Assembly (NCBI GenBank): GCA_043513735.1
Contig: CP121339.1
Span: 1,415,000-1,438,999 of the forward strand
DNA length: 24,000 nucleotides
DNA from: Cohaesibacter sp.
GTDB taxonomy: Bacteria; Pseudomonadota; Alphaproteobacteria; Rhizobiales; MH13
Direction of reading: 5' to 3'
The translations under genes and the position numbers were made by a program. Position 1 is the stretch's first letter, and every line of letters begins with the position of its first letter. Below are positions 18,162 through 24,000 of the stretch, piece by piece. Below the pieces are notes generated by a model. That model did not search any database. It worked only from the letters and a program-made list of their open reading frames with translations, and was not told where the DNA came from.

Positions 18162-19027
18162 ACCTGGAAAACCTTCCTAGCGTCCGTGCGGAAGTCGAGA
18201 GCCTGGGACCCGGTGGCTCGCGCCTCGGCGCGAAGAAATCCCTGGGGCAAAACTTCCTTTTCGATCTCAATCTTACGCGCAAGATCGCGCGATCCGGCTT
18301 GCCGCTCGACAGGGGCACGGTCGTGGAGGTGGGTCCGGGGCCAGGCGGCCTAACCCGCGCGCTGCTGCTGGAAGGGGCCGACCGCGTCCTCGCCATTGAG
18401 CGCGATGAACGCTTCCAGCCGATCCTGGACCGTCTAACCGATGCCAGCGATGGCCGCTTGCAGGTCGTCTATGGCGACGCAAAGAAGGTCGATCTCACAA
18501 GCCACATTGATCCGACCGATGGCCCGGCGCAGATCATCGCCAACCTACCCTACAATGTCGGCACACCGCTGCTGGTCGGTTGGTTGTTGATTGAACCATG
18601 GCCGCCCTGGTTTGACGGGCTGACCTTGATGTTTCAGCGTGAGGTTGCCGAACGCATTGTGGCGCAGGCCAACGACAAGCATTATGGCCGTTTATCCGTG
18701 CTCGCCAATTGGCGGTGTCAGACGCATCTGATGTTCGACGTGCCACCTTCGGCCTTCGTGCCGCCACCCAAGGTGACGTCCAGCGTGGTGCATCTTCGTC
18801 CGCGCGCCCAGCCCCTGCCCTGCCTTGGTTCTGATTTGGAGCGGGTGGCGGCGGCAGCGTTCGGACAACGACGCAAAATGGTGCGGCAATCGCTGAAAAG
18901 CCTCGGGCTCAGTCAGGAAGGTTTGGCGCAGCTGATAGCATCGGTCGGCCTTGAAGGCACCGAACGCGCTGAAACGCTGACGATTGAGACGTTTGCCGCT
19001 TTAGCGCGAACCTATCGTGGGCTATAG
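18158..19027 (+). CDS. rsmA: 16S rRNA (adenine1518/1519-N6)-dimethyltransferase
   Basis: 289 aa. It has the SLGQNFL motif, the SAM-binding VVEVGPGPGGLT and the catalytic ANLPYN. The GTG start overlaps the pdxA stop (GTGA). Confidence 0.93.
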   Translation: MNLENLPSVRAEVESLGPGGSRLGAKKSLGQNFLFDLNLTRKIARSGLPLDRGTVVEVGPGPGGLTRALLLEGADRVLAIERDERFQPILDRLTDASDGRLQVVYGDAKKVDLTSHIDPTDGPAQIIANLPYNVGTPLLVGWLLIEPWPPWFDGLTLMFQREVAERIVAQANDKHYGRLSVLANWRCQTHLMFDVPPSAFVPPPKVTSSVVHLRPRAQPLPCLGSDLERVAAAAFGQRRKMVRQSLKSLGLSQEGLAQLIASVGLEGTERAETLTIETFAALARTYRGL

Positions 19028-19046
19028 CGTTTCGCATTAAACCTGA

Positions 19047-19093
19047 ATCACATAACGCTGCCTGAAATCGAAGATTTCAACGCGTTATGTGAT
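19047..19093. terminator. Long nested hairpin between convergent rsmA and gmk (possible bidirectional terminator; no U-tract)
   Basis: ATCACATAACGC (19047-19058) pairs with GCGTTATGTGAT (19082-19093), a 12-bp stem. It encloses TGAAATC-GAA-GATTTCA (19063-19079), a 7-bp stem. An outer 9-bp inverted repeat, AGCGTTTCG (19026-19034) and CGAAACGCT (19116-19124), abuts both stop codons. Confidence 0.4.
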
Positions 19094-19124
19094 GCTCAGT
19101 GTCTCAAGTTAAACACGAAACGCT

Positions 19125-19757
19125 CTAGTCGGCTGAAATCAGGCCCTCGACGAAGTCGTCCAGACCCGGCTGGCGAGCCCGCTGCACCGTTTCAGCTACA
19201 TAGATCGCACGCAGCTGCTCATAGGCTTCGCCAAGATCGGTGTTGGTGATGACGTAATCGTAGTCGCGCCAATGAGTCATTTCATCGCGTGCATTTTCCA
19301 GCCGTTTTTCGATGACATCGGGCTTGTCTTCCGCGCGGCGCGTGATGCGCGCCCGCAGTTCCTCAAAGCTCGGAGGCAGGACGAAGACCGTGACCGTATC
19401 GTCCGGCATCGCCGCGCGCACCTGCTCGGTTCCCTGCCAATCAATGTCAAAGAGCATGATGTGCCCTTGGCTCAACGCCCGCTCCACCGGCTCGCGCGGT
19501 GTGCCGTAGAAATTGCCATGCACTTCGGCCCATTCCAGCAGCGCGCCTTGGTCGCGGCGCTGAAGAAACGACACTTCATCGATGAAATGGTAATGCGTGC
19601 CGTCAATCTCCGAAGGACGCCTCTGACGCGTCGTCACTGACACCGAGAGCTTTGGCGTCGGCAAGCCTTCGTCCTGCAGAAGCTGCCGCGCCAGCGTCGA
19701 TTTACCGGCGCCCGACGGGGAAGAAAGAACCAGAATGTATCCGCGGTTGCTGCTCAT
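19125..19757 (-). CDS. gmk: Guanylate kinase
   Basis: 210 aa. It has the P-loop SSPSGAGKSTL and the blocks TTRQRRPSEIDGTHYHF and EWAEVHGNFYGT. Confidence 0.95.
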   Translation of the reverse strand: MSSNRGYILVLSSPSGAGKSTLARQLLQDEGLPTPKLSVSVTTRQRRPSEIDGTHYHFIDEVSFLQRRDQGALLEWAEVHGNFYGTPREPVERALSQGHIMLFDIDWQGTEQVRAAMPDDTVTVFVLPPSFEELRARITRRAEDKPDVIEKRLENARDEMTHWRDYDYVITNTDLGEAYEQLRAIYVAETVQRARQPGLDDFVEGLISAD

Positions 19758-19811
19758 GCCTGCCTCTTACGGTCAGCCGTTTCAATGTTTGCCAGCAGCT
19801 TCGCGCGCCGA

Positions 19812-20696
19812 TCACTCGACGTTCTGAACCTGCTCCTTGACCTGATCAATCAGCGCTTTCAAGGCCAACCCATGTTGGGTGACGGTGATCGATGAGGCCT
19901 TGGAACAGATTGTATTGGCTTCCCGGTTAAATTCCTGTGCAAGGAAGTCAAGCTTGCGACCGACCGGCGCCTTGACGGCAAGCAACGACCGCGCCGCGTC
20001 GATATGAGCGCGCAACCGGGCAAGCTCTTCCTCGATGTCGGCTTTGGTGGCCAGCAGCGCAAACTCTTGGTGAAGGCGTTGCGGATCGAGCTGGCTCGTT
20101 TCGGACAGCAGGCGGTCGACCTGAGATTGCAAGCGCACCATCAAATGGTCACCGCGCGCATCGGGATGGTCGGCGAGCGCTTTGACTTCCTGTTCGATCT
20201 CAGCAACCAACTGCTCCAACACGGAGAGCATCGCCGCGCCTTCGGCTTGCCGGGCCGTGTTCAAGCCGGCGGCGCAATCGGCCGCAGCGGCCAGAATGGC
20301 CTCGTCTCTCGCCTCTTCGTCATCGTGCGATGCGGCAGGGTCAACCATTTCCACGACACCAGGAAGCGCCAGCAAATCAGAAAGTTTTGGTGGCGGATCA
20401 CCCCAGGCAGACGCGCGCTCAGCCAATGCTGAGCGCAGTCCATCCAGGGTCTCAGCGTTGATACGCGGCCGTCGATCGCCCTCGCGCTGTAGATTGACGG
20501 TAATATTCGCGTTGCCGCGACGAATGACTTTCTGGAACAGCGCACGGATGGGCTTGTCGAGATGATCAAAGCCGCTCGGTAATCTGAGCTTGATGTCGCT
20601 GGAGCGGCCATTCACGCAGCGTGCTTCGATTAGGATCGACAGTGCACCATGGCTCGCCTCAGAGCGCGCGAAACCGGTCATGGAAGTTAGGGACAT
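19812..20696 (-). CDS. yicC: YicC/YloC family stress-induced protein
   Basis: 294 aa. It has the N-terminal SMTGFAR motif and the C-terminal KLDFLAQEFNREANTICSKA block typical of YicC. It sits in the conserved gmk-yicC neighbourhood. Confidence 0.88.
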   Translation of the reverse strand: MSLTSMTGFARSEASHGALSILIEARCVNGRSSDIKLRLPSGFDHLDKPIRALFQKVIRRGNANITVNLQREGDRRPRINAETLDGLRSALAERASAWGDPPPKLSDLLALPGVVEMVDPAASHDDEEARDEAILAAAADCAAGLNTARQAEGAAMLSVLEQLVAEIEQEVKALADHPDARGDHLMVRLQSQVDRLLSETSQLDPQRLHQEFALLATKADIEEELARLRAHIDAARSLLAVKAPVGRKLDFLAQEFNREANTICSKASSITVTQHGLALKALIDQVKEQVQNVE

Positions 20697-20704
20697 GGTT
20701 GGCG

Positions 20705-21979
20705 CTACTGCTCGGCTGCCGGCGTTTCGACAGCATCGCTTGCCGCATCACGCTGTGCCTCTTCAGCTGCGGCGGCAGCTGCCTCAGCTTCGGCGGCTTC
20801 ACGGGCAGCTTCGCGCTCACGCTCGATTTCCCGCCACCGGGCAACGTTCCGGTTGTGCTCTTCATAGGTCTCGGCAAAGGCATGTCCGCCTGTGCCATCG
20901 GCAACAAAGAACAAATCATCGGTCCGCGACGGATTGGCAACGGCCTCCAGCGAGGCGCGACCAGGATTGGCGATGGGGCCAGGCGGCAGAGCGGGGATTG
21001 TGTAGGTGTTGTAGGGGTTGCTGTCGTCGCGCAATTGGCTGCGGTAGATCGGGCGCGCCTCCATCCAGGCCTCACCACCGAAAATCCCATAGAGGATCGT
21101 CGGGTCGGATTGGATGCGCATGCCCTGTTCCAGACGATTGATGAACACGCCAGCAACGCGGGTGCGCTCATCGGCGCGCGCGGTTTCCTTTTCAACGATC
21201 GATGCCAGCGTCACCAGTTCTTCCGGCGATTCGATTGGCAGATCGCTGACGCGCCTTTCCCAAATGTCTTCGATTGCAGCTTCTTGGGCTGCCACCATGC
21301 GGTCGATCACGCTTTGACGCGTGGCATCGCGGTTGAACGCATAGGTGTTGGGGAGCAGCGCACCTTCGGCTGGGATCTCGGTGATTTCACCGGTCAGGAA
21401 ATCGGTGGCATTCAGGCGATTGACCATCTGAAGGCTCGTCCACCCTTCCGGAAATGTGACGGAATAAACCACAGTCCGGCCCTCGACCATCATGTCGAGA
21501 ATGGCGGCCATGGAGGCGTGGGCGTCGATAGCGTAGTCGCCGGCCTGAAGACGCGAGCGTGCCTGGCGGGCAAGCACACCGGCGGTAAAGATGTGCTCGT
21601 TGGAAATCACGCCGCGCGCTTCCAGCATGCTGGCGATTTCGCGGGTCGCCATGCCGCGCTCAATGGTAATGTTGCGGTCGGCGGTGAGAGGCCCGTCGGC
21701 GTTGAAACGCACATTGGCGAAGTAGGCGAGCGCTCCCAGCACAACAACACCGAGCAAGGCCAGCGAAAACAGGCCGTTCAGCATCACCACGAACGGTGAG
21801 CGGGCACGCCTGGCGTGCTTGGCACTTGGTGGCGCCACTTCCTCAGGCTTGATCGCCTGCGCTGCACTGCGCGGGGTTTCGCCGAGCCGCGTTGCGTCAG
21901 AGGCGTTGTTGTTGGGCGTATCGTTCATGGCATCGCTCTTTGACTGGCTGTCATTTCCATCGTCATCGTTTGCCGCCAC
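20705..21979 (-). CDS. mltG: Endolytic murein transglycosylase MltG (YceG-like) with extended termini
   Basis: A single TM helix (FVVMLNGLFSLALLGVVVLGALAYF) is followed by YceG-domain blocks (ASIVEKE, VFINRL...MRIQSDPT, NPYNTYTIPALPPGPIANPG, FFVADGTGGHAFAETYEEHNRNV). The GTG start at 21979 is uncertain, and the ATG at 21928 (MNDTPNN) is an alternative. Confidence 0.88.
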   Translation of the reverse strand: MAANDDDGNDSQSKSDAMNDTPNNNASDATRLGETPRSAAQAIKPEEVAPPSAKHARRARSPFVVMLNGLFSLALLGVVVLGALAYFANVRFNADGPLTADRNITIERGMATREIASMLEARGVISNEHIFTAGVLARQARSRLQAGDYAIDAHASMAAILDMMVEGRTVVYSVTFPEGWTSLQMVNRLNATDFLTGEITEIPAEGALLPNTYAFNRDATRQSVIDRMVAAQEAAIEDIWERRVSDLPIESPEELVTLASIVEKETARADERTRVAGVFINRLEQGMRIQSDPTILYGIFGGEAWMEARPIYRSQLRDDSNPYNTYTIPALPPGPIANPGRASLEAVANPSRTDDLFFVADGTGGHAFAETYEEHNRNVARWREIEREREAAREAAEAEAAAAAAEEAQRDAASDAVETPAAEQ

Positions 21980-22112
21980 ACTTCGTCCAGCACGCGCTTA
22001 AAAACCTCGCCGGGCAGCCGTCAAAAGCGACATAATGTGGCGATTCCAAGGGAACCGGTCGGATGGCCACCTGGCGGGTGAAGGCATCAACACCGATTGA
22101 TCCGCCCACTGG

Positions 22113-22143
22113 TTGTCCACAGTTTATCCACAGCCAATCCACA
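22113..22143 (+). promoter_or_regulatory. Phased array of three DnaA-box-like 9-mers
   Basis: TTGTCCACA (22113-22121), TTATCCACA (22124-22132, a perfect consensus) and CAATCCACA (22135-22143) share one orientation. Their starts are exactly 11 bp apart. A weaker unit, CCGCCCACT, begins at 22102. The array lies in the fabF-mltG spacer. Confidence 0.45.
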
Positions 22144-22177
22144 GGCAGCCAAGTCGCTGGCCACCTTGGTTTCCGGT

Positions 22178-23382
22178 TTAATCCACCGCCCGAAGCACCA
22201 GCGAGGCGTTCGTGCCGCCGAAGCCGAAAGAATTGGAAAGCGCGGTACGGATCGGCTTCTTTTTGGCCGTATGCGGCACCAGATCAATCGGTGTTTCGAC
22301 CGAGGGATTATCAAGATTGAGTGTCGGCGGTGCGACACCGTGTTTGATCGCCAGTGTGGTGAAGATCGCCTCCACGGCGCCGGCTGCACCGAGCAAATGG
22401 CCGATGGCGGATTTGGTTGACGACATGGTGAGGCCGGAAGCAGCATCACCCATCAACCGTTCCACCGCGCCAAGTTCGATCTCATCGCCAAGCGGTGTGG
22501 ACGTGCCATGGGCGTTCACATAATCGAGCTCAGAAGGGCTGATATCCGCCCGTTTCAAAGCCGCCGTCATGCAACGGAATGCGCCATCGCCGTCCATCGA
22601 GGGAGCGGTAATATGGTAGGCATCGCCGGAAAGTCCGTAGCCGATCACCTCAGCGTAAATCGTCGCGCCGCGTGCCTTGGCGTGTTCGAGCTCTTCCAGC
22701 ACGACAACGCCTGCACCCTCGCCCATGACGAAGCCATCACGGTCCTTGTCATAGGGGCGTGAGCCTTTCTCCGGCGTGTCGTTGAAAGCGGTTGAAAGCG
22801 CCTTGCAAGCCGCGAAGCCGGCAAGCGCAATGCGGCCAAGCGGCGATTCGGTGCCGCCGGCCACCATCACGTCGGCATCATCAAGCCTTTCAGGCCATGC
22901 TTGATCGACACATAGCCCGATGCAAGATTGATCAACCGACCGGGAATAAAGAACGGGCTGAGGCGGCGCGGCCCCTTCTCATGCATCGTCATGGTGCCAG
23001 CGGCGATACCGTTCAGACCACCAATACCCGATCCGATGAGCACACCCGTGCGGGTCTGATCTTCATAGCTTTCAGGATGCCAATTGGCGTCGGCCAGTGC
23101 TTCGTCCGAGGCCGCCATCGCATAGACGATGAAATCATCGACCTTGCGCTGCTCTTTGGGCACCATAACGCTGTCGGGATTGAACGTACCGTTCGATCCG
23201 TCACCGCGTGGAATCTGGCAGGCGATCTGGCATGCCAGATCATCCACCTCAAACCCTTCGGGCCGTCCGGCGCCGGATTGGCCGTCGATGAGACGGCCCC
23301 AGGTGGTCTTGGCGTCCGCGCCCAAAGGCGTGACCATGCCAAGCCCGGTGATCACAACACGCCGAAGCTTGGTCATTGTCAT
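22178..23382 (-). pseudogene. fabF: Beta-ketoacyl-ACP synthase II (KAS II) disrupted by an internal deletion and frameshift that removes the catalytic Cys segment
   Basis: The N-terminal ORF (22867-23382) is RRVVITGLGMVTPLG...[23 protein letters not shown] followed by LMMPT*. The C-terminal ORF (22178-22870) continues in another frame as (L)[14 protein letters not shown]...[11 protein letters not shown]...GHLLGAAG...[14 protein letters not shown]. The roughly 24-residue block that in KAS II sits between these two (PNHSVVTAC-S/T-TGAHAIGDAARLIA type, carrying the nucleophilic Cys) is absent. The gene lies in the canonical fabG-acpP-fabF order. Confidence 0.8.
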
Positions 23383-23423
23383 GCGCGCAATCCTGCATCC
23401 ATCGTCAAAGGGTCCTGCGTCAG

Positions 23424-23442
23424 GCGCCGAAGCGGCCGGCGC
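23424..23442 (-). other. GC hairpin in the acpP-fabF spacer (possible attenuator or processing site)
   Basis: GCGCCG (23424-23429) and CGGCGC (23437-23442) form a 6-bp all-GC stem with a 7-nt loop, 13 nt after the acpP stop. No U-tract follows. Confidence 0.3.
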
Positions 23443-23454
23443 GGCAAGGCGTGC

Positions 23455-23691
23455 TTACTTCGAAGCGCCTTCCAGGAACTTCACGGCATCGCCAACGGTG
23501 AGGATAGTTTCGGCCATGTCGTCGGGGATTTCGACGTTGAATTCTTCTTCAAACGCCATCACCAACTCGACGGTGTCGAGGCTGTCTGCGCCAAGATCAT
23601 CGATGAACGATGCTTTTTCTTCAACCTTGTCGGCTTCGACGCCAAGGTGCTCGACAACAATTTTCTTCACGCGGTCAGCGACATCGCTCAT
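23455..23691 (-). CDS. acpP: Acyl carrier protein
   Basis: 78 aa. [18 protein letters not shown]...[20 protein letters not shown] contains the phosphopantetheine-attachment Ser in the DSL motif. Confidence 0.97.
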   Translation of the reverse strand: MSDVADRVKKIVVEHLGVEADKVEEKASFIDDLGADSLDTVELVMAFEEEFNVEIPDDMAETILTVGDAVKFLEGASK

Positions 23692-23914
23692 GGGTACATC
23701 CTTTCATGATGTGGACTTTGACGCACCAGGCAGGGACGCCCAAGGCACGTAGGTTTTGGTGTTTTGCTCGCGACGCTATGCGTTTCGCGGCAGAACGCTT
23801 GGCGGCCCCTTATCAACCTTGTTGCGGTTCAGCAAGTCAGGGCGTGGGTATGCCGGGGTGTGAGGAGAGATAATTGTGGGTTGGGATGGATTGCCTTTCA
23901 GCCCGCCAGCCGCA

Positions 23915-24000
23915 TTAGATCATAGCCATGCCACCGTTCACATGGAGGGTCTGTCCGGTGATGTAACCTGCCTCATTGCTAGCCAGATAAACGACCGCGC
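23915..24000 (-). CDS. fabG: 3-oxoacyl-ACP reductase, C-terminal fragment (5' part lies beyond the window)
   Basis: This is not in the ORF track because it is too short. The minus strand translates as ...AVVYLASNEAGYITGQTLHVNGGMAMI* with stop TAA (complement of 23915-23917), the canonical FabG C-terminus, upstream of acpP. Confidence 0.85.
   Translation of the reverse strand, partial: AVVYLASNEAGYITGQTLHVNGGMAMI

Noticed and set aside
20621-21799. 392-aa + strand ORF, the longest unexplained ORF in the track
   Set aside because: It lies entirely antisense to the well-supported mltG and yicC genes. Its composition is Arg/Gly/His/Cys-rich with no recognisable motif. This is the typical shadow ORF of a high-GC genome.
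22860-22895. Programmed ribosomal frameshift or a natural two-subunit FabF
   Set aside because: A frameshift cannot restore the roughly 24 residues that contain the catalytic Cys, because those codons are not present in any frame. The lesion is a deletion, not a slippery site.
22792-23709. 305-aa + strand ORF across the fabF N-terminal half and acpP
   Set aside because: It is antisense to unmistakable FabF and AcpP coding sequence, has no motifs and has shadow-ORF composition. The overlapping 23129..23752 ORF is rejected for the same reason.
23769-23789. Bulged hairpin CGCGACGC-tat-GCGT(TT)CGCG in the fabG-acpP spacer as a terminator
   Set aside because: In the sense (minus) orientation it is followed by an A-rich tract, not a U-rich one. 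acpP needs read-through or its own promoter here. The evidence is too weak to call.
1-24000. Window-wide look for tRNA/rRNA genes, IS elements, integrases, phage genes, toxin-antitoxin pairs and defence systems
   Set aside because: I saw no T-loop-like GGTTCGAATCC-type motifs. I found no long terminal inverted repeats or direct-repeat-flanked insertions. No ORF has transposase, recombinase, nuclease, helicase or TA-like hallmarks. All sizeable ORFs are accounted for by housekeeping or small secreted proteins.

Overview
This window looks like a high-GC alphaproteobacterial chromosome; the Hyphomicrobiales-type gene order is my inference from synteny and protein motifs. It is almost entirely conserved housekeeping genes. 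In order: purM(partial)-purN; a small accessory islet of three signal-peptide proteins (YHYH-domain, luciferase-family/DUF5519-like, NTF2/SnoaL-like) plus a divergent TetR regulator; ndk; a GST-like gene; an ABC-F ATPase; a YbjN-like gene; holC-pepA divergent from lptF-lptG-lptD-surA-pdxA-rsmA; then, on the minus strand, gmk, yicC, mltG, fabF, acpP and fabG(partial). I found no rRNA, tRNA, CRISPR array, transposase, integrase, phage gene or recognisable defence or toxin system, and I do not claim a new multi-gene system here. Four things deserve a second look. (1) fabF, the only broken gene in the window, is split into two ORFs by an internal deletion that removes the catalytic-cysteine segment. 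(2) Three same-orientation DnaA-box-like 9-mers, one a perfect TTATCCACA, sit exactly 11 bp apart between fabF and mltG, and a second perfect box lies upstream of the DUF5519-like gene. (3) A three-copy hairpin-containing repeat lies between the convergent ABC-F and YbjN-like genes. (4) A three-tier nested palindrome fills the whole rsmA/gmk convergent spacer. All functional calls rest on motifs read from the translations and on synteny; no database search was run.
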